This document shows positions 50,873 through 61,907 of a stretch of 64,000 bases of DNA, one piece after another. The stretch is from Saprolegnia diclina VS20. Its lineage: Eukaryota. Numbering within the stretch: the stretch's first letter is position 1; the number at the start of each line of letters is the position of its first letter. The stretch lies in contig NW_008246079.1 in assembly GCF_000281045.1 (NCBI RefSeq), positions 511,813 to 575,812 of the forward strand, given 5' to 3'. The notes under the pieces were generated by a model. The model was not told the DNA's origin. It made no database searches and saw only the letters and a program-made list of their open reading frames with translations. The position numbers were made by a program, and so were the translations under genes.

Positions 50873-52756
50873 CTAGTCGCGCTTGGCGGGGCGGGTGTGC
50901 TTGTTGCGCACGAGCAGGAGACCGACGAGGCCGAGCACGAGACTGGCCAGCGCCGCCAGCTCCAACGGCGACGCACGAAGCCACTTGGTCAGCGCGCGCG
51001 AGTAGAGCTTCCGGATGCCACGCGTGAGCTGGCGCACAAAGATCGGCGGCGGGTAAAACGCGGTCCCGGCCACCGGATGACACGTGTCGAACGCCAAGAG
51101 CTCGTCGTCGTGCAAGTTGCGACCGCTGTAGCGCAGACAAATACGACTGCCATCGTCGTCGAATCGCATCAAACCAAAGCGTCCTAGACCGTGTCGGCTT
51201 GGACCATATGCAAGCAGTGAGTGCGTACCCGAGCCAGGGATCGCACCATGGCTGTACGGCCCGCCCTTGATCGAGCCCGGACGGCCCAGCGCAGCTGCGT
51301 GGAACGTCGGGAGGTGCCCAGGACTGTGGCTGCCGTCGTCCACCGCCAGCATATGCGCGTCACCGCTCGCAATCACAATCGGGACGCGCGTGTTGAGGTC
51401 GTGTTCGGTGAGAAAGGCCACAAGCTCGGCTTGCTCGTACTTGAAATGGCTACATTCACACTCTGTCATAAGACAATATCTTCCACATGTGAGCACGCAC
51501 CCCCACTTGCGCTCGTCGTCGATCCACGGCATCGTGTTTACCCACACGATCAGGCCCACGGCGCTCTCTGGCGACGAAGCAGCGAGCTACAGAGCCGACG
51601 ACTGAGCATGTTGGGGTCCCATCGGAGTCAACGCACCAGTTCTCGCTTGAACCAGAGCTTTTGCGCAGGCCCCAAGACGGACTTGGTGGGTACATCGGGG
51701 TCCGTGTTGGGCGTGCGCTGCGAGCGCAGGTCGGTCACAAGAAAGCGAACGCGCCCGATGGTAAAGGCTTGCTGAATCGGACGCTCCTCCGGTGCAATGG
51801 CGCCGGGCCTAGTCATGTGCTGTCGATTGGAGCCTGCGGTGCGTCGGCGTACTTGTCCTGCAGCGGGTAGTGCGGTACGTATTCTCGGTAGACTTGAAGC
51901 GACGCTTCTCGACCTGGCGCGGTGCCATCGCTGTTGTCCGGACCGAAGTCGTGGTCGTCCCACATGTACGCCATCGGTAGATCCATACCGAGCATCGCCT
52001 AGAGAGAGTTAGGTCGTTGACGTTGGCGATATGGACGTGTACCTTGCCTGCAGGCGACGCAAACATGGTTTCGTACGCACTTCGGAACACTTGGACGTCG
52101 TTGACTTCAATGTTGTCGTAGTGGAGGTCGCCCATGTGCAGGAAGAAGAGCGGGTTGTGCTTGGCAATGGTCTCAAAGACCTTTGGGTTCGAGTCTTGGT
52201 CGGCGCACGATGAAAAAGCAATCTCAAACGACGTGGGGGTTCCTGGAGCCGGCGGTAGCGAGATCGCGCCTGTCTGCGCCTTGAGCACCCTGGCCACAGC
52301 CCGCATGATGACTAGATCGAGGAGGACGCGAGCAAACGTACGTGTCGGCGCCATACCGCACTTCGTACTGCATCGGCCCGGGCACCAGGTCCTGCGCGCA
52401 ACGACGGTTAGCTCGAGCAGGACACGGTGGCATACCGTGGCGTGGAAGTCGAGGAGCCATGTCGATGGCCCCATGGCTTGCTTGGTGGCTTCGTACACGC
52501 TAGCTGCACCGGCCGCCTAGTGCATGCAGTACAGCTTCTGCACCATACGGGTCATGTCTACCTGCATCACGTGGAGCTGGACTGCGTCGGGACTGCAGCC
52601 GGGATCCGTCATGCTCGTAGAGACGCGGAGACGGAGCGACGAGCTGGTCATGGCGCCGCTCCAGACCCAGTTGACGGTCGCATCATCGCACGTCATGGCC
52701 ATCGCGGCTGGCGCCAAGGCGACGAGGGCCATTGCCTTCTGCAGCAGCATCATCAT
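50873..52756 (-). CDS. phoD: Alkaline phosphatase D (PhoD) family protein with signal peptide and C-terminal TM, multi-exon
   Basis: IAFSSC, FLHMGDLHYDN, YMWDDHDFGPDNSD, TDLRSQR, SGDAHM; N-terminus MMMLLQKAMALVALAPAAMA; C-terminus LAALASLVLGLVGLLLV. Confidence 0.88.
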
Positions 52757-52927
52757 CCTGGTCGGAAATCGACTTGTGCGTTGTGGTGGGTTGGGTGCCA
52801 AATTCGCCAACGATGATTGGTCAAAAACAAACGTAACGAGCCAATGACGTGCGTCACGCGCTCGAGTTTGCACTTGGATCTTGGACGATCGCAGTCGCGA
52901 TTTCCCGAGCAAGAAGACAAGACAAGC

Positions 52928-53569
52928 ATGGCGAAGAAGAGCGCGTGGACGGCCCCGCGGAAGGAGGAAGACGCATGGAAGAGCAGCGCCCAAGACGACG
53001 ACGACCATGCGCAGGAAGCGGAAGACGAGACCTCGCTCTGCACGTACAAGTTCGGCAAGTGCTTGAACCCGCGGACGCGCAAGATCAACGGGACGCTCCA
53101 TTCGCTCTGCTCCATGCACCGCATGCGCCAGAACGCCCATCAACTCAAGAGCGACCGGAAGCGACGCGAGAAGCAGCGAACGAACGACTCGGGCGCGTCG
53201 TCTTCGTCGTCCGAGCCCATGTCATCGACGCCGACGATCGTCGACAACGCGCTCCTTCTCTCGCTCAAGCACGATGTCGAGACGCTCATTCGACTCGTCA
53301 AGACCGTCCTCAACCAGTCCGCGAACGCCAACGTGGACACGTGCTGGAGCCTCCTCTCGCTCCACGAGCAGCGCCCGACCCAAAACGCAGGCGAGAGCTT
53401 TCTCGAGCTCCACACGGAAGGGCAGTCCCCGGACGACGTGCTGCACTTCAGCACCGCGCCCTTCGAGTGGCCAGCGCTGCAGCTCCCGCTCGATAAGCCT
53501 GCCGAGGCGCAAGCGCAGCTTCCATCCTTGCTCGACCGCTCGCGCAGCCCGCACGAGACGGCCATCTGA
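52928..53569 (+). CDS. Small protein with C-x6-C-x15-C-x2-H motif and basic helix
   Basis: CTYKFGKCLNPRTRKINGTLHSLCSMHRMRQNAHQLKSDRKRR; intronless, coding-like codon use. Confidence 0.75.
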   Translation: MAKKSAWTAPRKEEDAWKSSAQDDDDHAQEAEDETSLCTYKFGKCLNPRTRKINGTLHSLCSMHRMRQNAHQLKSDRKRREKQRTNDSGASSSSSEPMSSTPTIVDNALLLSLKHDVETLIRLVKTVLNQSANANVDTCWSLLSLHEQRPTQNAGESFLELHTEGQSPDDVLHFSTAPFEWPALQLPLDKPAEAQAQLPSLLDRSRSPHETAI

Positions 53570-53783
53570 CTCGTCCGGGTCGCCCGCATGTCGTCGCCGC
53601 TGCATTATTTATATTCGATTCCCCAACTAACTATCTAGGGCCGAAGACTATTCGACCCGTCAACCTTGTTTCATGCACTGTCTGGTACTGCCCAGAGCAG
53701 CAAGACTCCACCTCGGGTATGCAAGAAGGACAAGGAGGAGGGTCTGTTAAATAGAATACGCCAGCAACATGTCTCTTCTTCTA

Positions 53784-55245
53784 CTACTCGTCGTCACTGA
53801 GCGTCTTGGCGCGCTTGTTGGCATCGAGGCGCTCGAGCGTAAAGACAATCTTCTTCGGCGGCTGGTACCCCAAAATCCCGTTGGCGCTGTGCAGGCCCGT
53901 GTCGGTCGGCGCCTACATCCAGCCCTTAGCCAAGACAGAGACGACCGGACGCAACTACCTCTTCGTGGCGCACCAAGCGGTGGGTCGTATAGCGTCGAAA
54001 CACGTCTTCCGTGAGTTTGTTGCCGTCATCGCCCAGTGTCTTGGATGACGCCCGAAAATAGAGACTGCCCGTAATGTTGAGGAGGCTAAAGACGTTCTTT
54101 CCGACGCGGTTGATCTCGTCGTCGGTCGTCGCGCACGGCAGCACCAAGCAGCACTTGAGCTGCGGCTGGGACGCGCCAAACACAGTGGTTGTCGAGCGCG
54201 GCTGGTGCGTGTGGACATGGAAGAGCTCGTCAAACGCCTTGGGGCCCATCCTAATGACGACAATAAGAAGCGATCCTGCAGATGCGATGGCCACGTACGC
54301 GCCCGTCGACGCGGTGTGGAACTCGATCACGTCGCCAAAGCGCTTGTTGAAGACGTGCGCGTGCAAGACGGAGCGCCACACCATGTCCAAGTCGGCCACG
54401 GAAAAGAAGTACGCCTAGTAGATATAGCGTTGCCTTCGGCCTTGGAGATGGAGATCGTACGAAATAGCCGCGGTCCGACTCGGGCTCGGTCCCAGCGTCG
54501 GGCAGCTTGCGCTTCAACGACGTGCTAACAGCCTCGGTGGGCTGTGGCGCATGGAGCTGCAGCTCGGCGCTTGCCTGCAAGCGTGGTCAAGGACGCGACA
54601 GGATGGGCGACGTACCTTGTCGACGACCCGCGTGTTTTGGTTGAGGAGCACGATGCGTTGATGGGCAAACTTGGTCAACGAAATGTTGAGCAGCTCTACA
54701 TCCAGCGATGGGATGACCTCGCCCGGTCACGAATGTCCGTACCAATCATGGACTTTTCGACCGTGTCGGCGTCGCACGCGACCCAGTAGCGCTCGGTGCT
54801 GGAGCCATCGGCTGACGTCGTGATCTTGACGCGCTTCGCTAGCGGTGGGATCTGGCGATGGCGAAAGCCGGCCTCGCCGTCGTCGCCCGACTCGTAGTAC
54901 ATGTTGTCTTCGTCCTCGTCGTCTTCATCGTCATCGTCTTCGTCTTCATCGTTGTCATCGCCTTCGCCTTCATCGCCTTCATCGCCGTCGTCGAGGTCAT
55001 CCTCGACATGCGCATGGCCCGCTCCGTCTTGGCCGTTCGCAGGATGGTCGGCGCCATGCGTGTTGTTGTGCATCTGGAGCTCTTCCCAGTCGTTCTCGAG
55101 GAGGTAGTCGGTCGCCGCCTCGAGGTTATCGTCGCAGATGCGGAGCTAATGGTCTATCGCCATGAGGTCTCCTACCGCATACGCCTACCACTTGCTCGAG
55201 CACGGGCGCGGGGATGCCGGGGAAGATCGGCTGCAACTGGTCCAT
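53784..55245 (-). CDS. CUE-domain protein with acidic linker and globular C-terminal domain (DUF1917-like?), about 6 exons
   Basis: Spliced N-terminus MDQLQPIFPGIPAPVLEQVLRICDDNLEAATDYLL; D/E tract; last exon ends KTLSDDE with TAG at 53784-53786. Confidence 0.7.
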
Positions 55246-56712
55246 GGGCCCTCGTCCTGCGGCTTGTGCAAATGCGAAGCTCTCCGGAAAAGCAAGGCGA
55301 GTAAAAATAGGCGAATTAAAATACGATTGCGGTATCCGGACTGCGCAAAAGATCGCGACCTTCACGGACGTGGCGTCGGGACGCGACGCCCGAGTCCTCG
55401 ACGAGTCCTCGCAAGCGTCGCGCAGTATGGCTTTGCCGAGCCCATGCCACGGCTCGCCCGACCGCCTTCATAGGTGCAGCGAGGTGATCGGCGCTGTTTA
55501 AGCCGATCATTTTGCATGTGCCAGCTATATGCACAGCAACTGGACAGCGCGCTCTCAAAGCTGCTAGCTCACTGTCGATCAGACCACAAGCTTCAGTGCA
55601 TCAGACGCACGTCGAGCCGTGGCTGCCGAAGCCCACCCGTCGCTGCAGCGACGTCCACCGCGCTCGCCGTCGCGACTGGTGCGCTTCAGCTGCTCCACGG
55701 CGAAGAGGTCCCATCGCTCTCGAGCTGCGTCTGTCCGACTGGGCCATCACCACGTCGGCGCAGCTCGTCGGCGCATCTCCTATCAGCTCAAACCATTGTT
55801 GCTGGGCTGGTTGCTGGGTATGCACTCGACGAGCACCTGAGGAAGCAGCGTCGTTGGCTACGGCGCGGTCAAGATAGCGGCCAACTGAGAATGAGTGCAC
55901 AGACATCCGTGTCTCTTCGGTGGTGTCATCGGTGCAGTGTACACGCCGATAACGACTGTGACATCGCCCGTCCCGCAATGCTTCAAGGACGGCGTAGGTG
56001 TAATCGGTGTAGGATCGCGCCAAAGGGTGGTCTCGGCGCTCAAATTTGTTCGCGCTTGTAATTGCAGTTGGTAACACGCATTGAAGCCGAGCATGTCGTT
56101 GCCCTACCTGGTCCTCTTGCTGCGTCTCCTCTGTCGTAAAGTAGGTGAACCAAGCATCGGCGATGGCCTTCATGGCCATGTGACATAGCAGTGATTGCCT
56201 TCAATCGATGCGTGAGATCGCATGGCGGCGACCACTCGGAGGACATATGCATGACCGGTGACATGTCGCAAGAGAGTGCTGTAAATTCGCTTGCTCCTGA
56301 CGACGACAGCCTTCCACCCATGACGTCATTCATCCGCGATCTTTGGCCTCCATCATTAGCATCTGCCTCCTGTCCTGCCTCGTGCTGCTGCTGGAGGCGT
56401 CGCCACGCAGCTCGAACGGTCGCAGAGTGTATTTTATTTTCTTATTCCATTTGCTACGCTTCCTGATCCTCCGGTTGCGGCTGGTGGCGGTGAAAAAATG
56501 GCTGCATTTGTCTTGTAATTTGTAACGAATAAAATAAAAAGATCCAGAACGAACGCGTCGTCCGGATAACGGGAGCGAATCAGCACGTCGGAATCGTATC
56601 TTTTAAAGTACGTATACAAACGCATAGGTAATATAATTCCGATGCGAGTGTTTATGGCCCGGCAGAGTAGGGGCACCTACTTAGTTTTTCTTTTTAGTCC
56701 CATCCGCGGGTC

Positions 56713-58521
56713 ATGACCACGACGTTCTTCCAGCCGGTCAAGCTGCCCGGCGGCAGTCCGCCCGAGTGGACCGGAAGCGAGTCGGGTACCTCCATGACAA
56801 TGCTAATGAAGGCGCCTGGAAGCTTATGCGGCGCGGCTATCTTAGAGCGATCCAGCGTTCACTTGCGGCGACGCACCGAGACTGGCGCCCGCCCGCTGGC
56901 CATGTCGCGCGGGCGCAGCGAAAGCAGCGGCCTCCGAGGCGTGGGCAGCTATGCGCGGGGTCGCAGCATGAGCCTGCCCGCGGACGACGTCCCTATCGAG
57001 AGCACGGACGAGCTGCTCATCGACATTGACACACCAGTGTCCAAGTGCATGATCTACACGACGACCGTGCTCGAGCGCACCAACTCGGTCAAAAGTGACA
57101 GTAGCCGCACGGGCGACGAAGAGTATGCCCCTCGCCCCACCGAGACATGGCTTGACGAAGTCATGAACAGCAGGAACCCGGTCCAGCACCGCAACACGAC
57201 CATCGACGACACGTTGCCTCGGCCAGTTTTGCCTGACCGGTTGTCGCGGCTCGAAGGGCCCAAAAACTTGACATCGAACCGAAGCCGGGGCTTCTCGGTC
57301 GCGGGGCGTGACTCTGGCTACGTGCGCCACGGCAACTCGCCCGCGCGCAACGGCGACACGTCGCTTCGCCTCCCTGCCAAGTCGACCGCGCTTCTCAATT
57401 TTCCACGCAACACACGCCGGGCCGTGGGCGCGACCGTCGGCAGCAGCCTTGGGCAGACGCTCGTCAACTCGACGCCCGAGCCGTCCATGACGCCGTCGCT
57501 GTCCTTTGACGGCAGCAACGGGTCGAAGAAGCTGGTAATGGACGAACTGACGCAATCGGAGGGCGGTCGGGACCGCGTCTCGCTCTTTGACTTTGCGAAA
57601 AAGCACGACAGCAGCAGCAAAAAGCCCAACCCGGTCGCCGTCGCGCTCGAGAAGATGTGTACAAAGGACAAGGACGCGGTGCCCAACAGCCCGGCGAAGA
57701 AGGACAAGTCGTCCAAGAAGTGGTGGGAGCTCTCCAACAAGCACCACAAACACCAACCGCCGCCGTCGATGGAGAAGAAGCAGGTGTCTGTGGCGCTGGC
57801 CGCGCCCGACCTCTCGGCGGTGCCCAAGAAATCGATCCTTGTCGCGACGCCGCCGACGCCGACGCGCCTCACGACGCAGACGTTCGACGACAACGACGAC
57901 GACGACGACGACAACCACAGCATCTTTAGCTCGCTTCGCAACGTCGACTTGGTCTCGTCGTACATTCGCGAGTCGGCGACCAAGGACGCGGCCATGGAAG
58001 AGGACATTGCCAAGGCGCTCGACGATGCCGAGAGCGACGTCGTCGACGAACCCATTGTTGACGAACCCCTGGTCGCGTCACCCGTGACGCCACCGCCCGT
58101 CCCCGCGGCCGCGCCCGGGCTCCTCCGGCCGCCGCCAAAGAAGGCGCGCGGCAACGCCAACATGGTGGCATTCTTGGGCGGCTACAAGCAGACGCAGGGG
58201 CCCCGGGGCATGCTCAAGCTCGGGGTCGCGAGCGACATTGCGTCGCGCGCCAAGAACATCCGGAAGCGGACGGCCGAGACCGCGCTCCAGCGGCAGCTGG
58301 CCGAAGCCAAGGCGCGTATCCCGCTCGAATTCGCCGACATGTCGGGCGTTGTCGTCAAGGAGCACAAGCGCAACACGACCCGCAGCGTGACGTGGCCGTC
58401 GGAGGAGAGCGCGCTCGAGGATATTTATGTGTTTGAGGTCGTTGAGCCCGAGCCCGATGACGCGTCGAGTAGCAGCAGCCGTGACGCCGACGACGAGCCG
58501 CATACGCTCGTGGATTTGTAA
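56713..58521 (+). CDS. Largely disordered protein, 602 aa, with C-terminal RVxF-type motif
   Basis: Uninterrupted S/P/D/K-rich ORF; RSVTWPSEESALEDIYVF near the end. Start codon uncertain (several in-frame ATGs). Confidence 0.75.
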   Translation: MTTTFFQPVKLPGGSPPEWTGSESGTSMTMLMKAPGSLCGAAILERSSVHLRRRTETGARPLAMSRGRSESSGLRGVGSYARGRSMSLPADDVPIESTDELLIDIDTPVSKCMIYTTTVLERTNSVKSDSSRTGDEEYAPRPTETWLDEVMNSRNPVQHRNTTIDDTLPRPVLPDRLSRLEGPKNLTSNRSRGFSVAGRDSGYVRHGNSPARNGDTSLRLPAKSTALLNFPRNTRRAVGATVGSSLGQTLVNSTPEPSMTPSLSFDGSNGSKKLVMDELTQSEGGRDRVSLFDFAKKHDSSSKKPNPVAVALEKMCTKDKDAVPNSPAKKDKSSKKWWELSNKHHKHQPPPSMEKKQVSVALAAPDLSAVPKKSILVATPPTPTRLTTQTFDDNDDDDDDNHSIFSSLRNVDLVSSYIRESATKDAAMEEDIAKALDDAESDVVDEPIVDEPLVASPVTPPPVPAAAPGLLRPPPKKARGNANMVAFLGGYKQTQGPRGMLKLGVASDIASRAKNIRKRTAETALQRQLAEAKARIPLEFADMSGVVVKEHKRNTTRSVTWPSEESALEDIYVFEVVEPEPDDASSSSSRDADDEPHTLVDL

Positions 58522-58555
58522 TCGTTCGTCTTATTTAGTCTGTTCTTCGTCGGAT

Positions 58556-59726
58556 CTAGTCTTCGTCGACGTTGTGGTAGACGTCGTTGACATCTTCATT
58601 GTCCTGCAGCGCCTACGCCCATGCCCGCCGCATGATGCCAGAGCCACATCCGCATTGCGTACCTCGAGGAGCGTGTCGAACTCGGCCTTGGCGTCGCCTT
58701 CGAGCACCAGGTACTCCTGCCATGTGCGCATGAGATGCGATGGCCACCATCATGGAGTAGTACCTTGGGCGAATAGATGAGCTCGCTCACCTGCGGCACG
58801 ACGCCGGCCTCCATGAGGTTGGTGCGCACGGCCGCGAGTTCGCTGCTTTCGCACATGAGCTACAGGCGGTGGCTCATGCATCTCCAATCGTCGGGCAACG
58901 GGAGGTGTACCTGCGCCATGGTCTCGCGGTACTCGACGTCGTCGACGCCCGCTTCAATCTACAAAGACGATCAGTATGAGCAAGGACAATGGAATATGGA
59001 GGACGGCTACCGCCAGGTTCATGACGCTCTCTTCGTCCCACGCAAAGGCGTCGTCGTCCGGCTTTTGGATCTCAAAGTACCCCTTGCGCTCAAACATCCA
59101 GGCGACGGACCCGTTGGCGCCGAGGTTGCCGTTGTGCTTGCTCAGGATGTGGCGCAGCGCCGGCGCCGTGCGCTTCCGGTTGTCTGTGAGCGCTTCGATC
59201 TACCTGCTATGTGATCTCCATGGCTCGAGAGGATGGACGTCTTACGATCAAGGCGCTGCCGTGGGACCCCGTGGCTTCGTACTCGACAGTCTCGGTGATG
59301 ACACCCGACTTGCCCTCGACGCCTCGCTTGACCGCGTACTCGATCTTGTCGCGGGGCATGTTGGCCGCCTTGGCCTTGGAAATCACCGACGCCAGGCGCT
59401 ACGCGTCACCGCATGAGAGATGAAGCGTCTCGTAGCGTTGTACAATGTTGTTGGTATCGCCCGCCGTGAGCTTGGACGTGACCATGAGCTCCTTAGCGAG
59501 CTTCCCGAAGAGCAGCGTCCGCTTCTACAGACCGCGCAGCATGAGACGATGACCTTCGAGAGGGTGCTCGTACCGCGTCCGTGAGGCTCTTCTTGCCTTG
59601 GATCGTCGGACCGCGGCCCATGCAGCGGCGCTGGTCAGCGCTGCCAAGCACCGAGCTCGTCGGCGCCATCGAGCGTAGGATGAAGGCCGGCTTGGTCGCG
59701 CGCGCGAGGACTTGCAGGAGCACCAT
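58556..59726 (-). CDS. TACO1: YebC/PmpR-family protein, TACO1-like, with mitochondrial-type presequence, multi-exon
   Basis: Arg/Ser-rich leader then MGRGPTIQGKK, LFGKLAKEL, KAKAANMPRDKI, YEATGSHG, TDNRKRT, ALQDNEDVNDVYHN. Confidence 0.88.
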
Positions 59727-59827
59727 CGTCGTGCAGGCCACTCTTTCAATATGGAGATTTTGCGGTGCGTCTTGTGTCCAAAAACACGCAACCGGACCCA
59801 CGCAACCATCTGGCGCAGCTGGGAGAT

Positions 59828-60511
59828 ATGGACCTGGAATGGCGTGGGATTAGCTGTCCTGCCAGCATGCGCTGCTGCACCTTGGACGAGCTGCTGGCGA
59901 CGCTGCCGTCGGACCGCGAGCGACTGGAAGCGCAGATCGACCGCTTGGGCGAGCAATCGGCCGAGGTACGACGTTGCTGGCATGGACCTCTCCCACTACG
60001 GCGTAGGCGCAAGGCTTGCGCCAGCCCATCACGTCCATGGTACTCGTGCAATCGCCCAAGAGCCTTGACGAAGGCCATATCGTCCACGTCCTCGTCGACG
60101 ATCGGCAAAATGGCGAGATTGTGGGGTACCTCAAGACGGGTACCAAGCACCTCTACTACATGGTGCAATACCTTGCGTGGTCATGGCACGCCTCATGACC
60201 GATCTAGACAGCTGCAGGAGCATACAAGGAGATGGACCCGGTCTGCGTCCTTGACTTTTACGTCGTCCAGCAGCGCCATGGCCACGGCGCAATGCTCTTT
60301 CGATCGATGCTCGAGGTACACGCCATCGACGCTGTACATCAAGGCGACAGACGTCTCGTAGCGGCTCCAACTACGCGCCAAGGACCTTGCGTACGACCGG
60401 CCGTCGCCCAAGCTCGGGCCCTTCCTCGCCAAGTACTTCGGGCTGCGCTCGTTCGTACCGCAGAGCAACCGCTTTGTGCTCTTCGACGCATATTTCGAAA
60501 CAACCCAGTAG
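59828..60511 (+). CDS. ATAT1: Alpha-tubulin N-acetyltransferase (MEC-17/ATAT1), 4 exons
   Basis: IDRLGEQSAEAQGLRQPITS, VGYLKTGTKHLY, PVCVLDFYV, QRHGHG, LAYDRPSPKL, PQSNRFVLF. Confidence 0.93.
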
Positions 60512-60528
60512 TGTTGTATAGCAAATCA

Positions 60529-61707
60529 TTACACGGACGCCAGAAACGCAAGGAGCTTCGTGTCTTCGTCCTCGGGCTCCTCGGGCTTGGACGGGTCATA
60601 GCACGCGCGGATCTGCGCACCGCCAAACCACCGGCCGTTCATGACCTCGAGGCACTTGATCGCACTGGGGAGCGCTTCAAACTCGACGGCCACCACGTTC
60701 GTATCGCGAAAAATCTGCAGCCGCGTGACCTGGCCGTAGTTGCTGCACTCCATCTGCAAGTCGTCTTCCAAGTCCAAGTTCTCTTCGTCGTCGCCATCGT
60801 CGACAATGTTGTACAAGAGAATCGAGCGGGACGGCGTCTCGAGCACGTGCTCGTCCGTGGGCGGAAGCTCGGGCGGACCGACGACGGGTGCAGCGGCTAC
60901 TGGTGCGTCTCGTACGACCGGTGCGTCTGGTGCAGCACCCACTGGCATGGATAGCCGCTGCTGCATTTCGTTGAGAAACGCTGTGACTGCGTCGGCGCCT
61001 TCGGCCATCGGCGGCGGCTCAAGCGGCGCAAGAGACGGCTCCACCTCTTCCTTCTTGTTGAACTCGGCCGCCTTTGCACTAGACGTCCATTAGCGTAAGC
61101 AGAGATCGGATCGCGTAATGTCGTACGTGATGCGAACACCAGGCTTGATCTCTGCATTGTTGAGCTGTGAAGCATGAGCGTCCATCGGTCGGCCGGACCC
61201 GTACCTTGGCGATCGCGGTTTCCAGCATCGCATGCGTCATGAACGTCACCAGTGCGTCACCCTGCACCCATGCAGGTTGAACTCGTCAAGTGGGAAGAAG
61301 CGGATGACCGTACCTTGAGCCCACCGCGGTCGTCCTTGTAAAACTTGAGGCGCTTGACGCGGCCAAGGCGTGCACAGACCATCTCTGAAGTATAGCGTCG
61401 GTCGCGAAACCATGTTGAGCGAAACGTACCGAGCTGTTTGCAGGCAATGTAAGTCGTAAGGCCCATGACATACATGCTCGTGTTCTTGGGCGCGGCCTTC
61501 TTCTTGGGCTTGGCGGCATCTGTGGCTGGCGGCGGCTCCAAGGACCGCTCGTACTCGCGCAGCAGAGCCTCGTCCCGCTGCCGATCCAGCCTAGAGGCGC
61601 TGAGCTCATCGAGTTGGAGAGTCCACGTCGTACTTATCGAGGTACTCGAAGTTCTTCTCGAGCGCGCACTCGATGCGCATGAACTCGCGGTCGAGGAGGC
61701 GCTCCAT
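60529..61707 (-). CDS. HTATSF1: Tat-SF1/Cus2-like RRM+UHM splicing factor, multi-exon
   Basis: KNTSMYVMGL, RLKFYKDDRGGLKGDALVTF, DDLQMECSNYGQV, MNGRWFGGAQI. Confidence 0.82.
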
Positions 61708-61907
61708 GCTCGCTCGCGTCGATAATTTCGGCAAATTGGAAATCTCGCGTTCAAAGTGGCATATACCATGCGGCACATGCCGTGCGGTGACACAAAATGC
61801 CGAAAATACGAGTGCCGTAAACACCATGTTTTCGGTGGGCCCCCTAGTACAAAATTGAGCGGTGGTACCCTGCACGCCGGTGGCCATTTTTGATCAAGTG
61901 TTTTTGA

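Noticed and set aside
4160..61707. Apparent frameshifts or stops within many genes
   Set aside because: Those I traced resolve as short canonical GT-AG introns; I saw no case needing recoding, selenocysteine or AT-AC introns.
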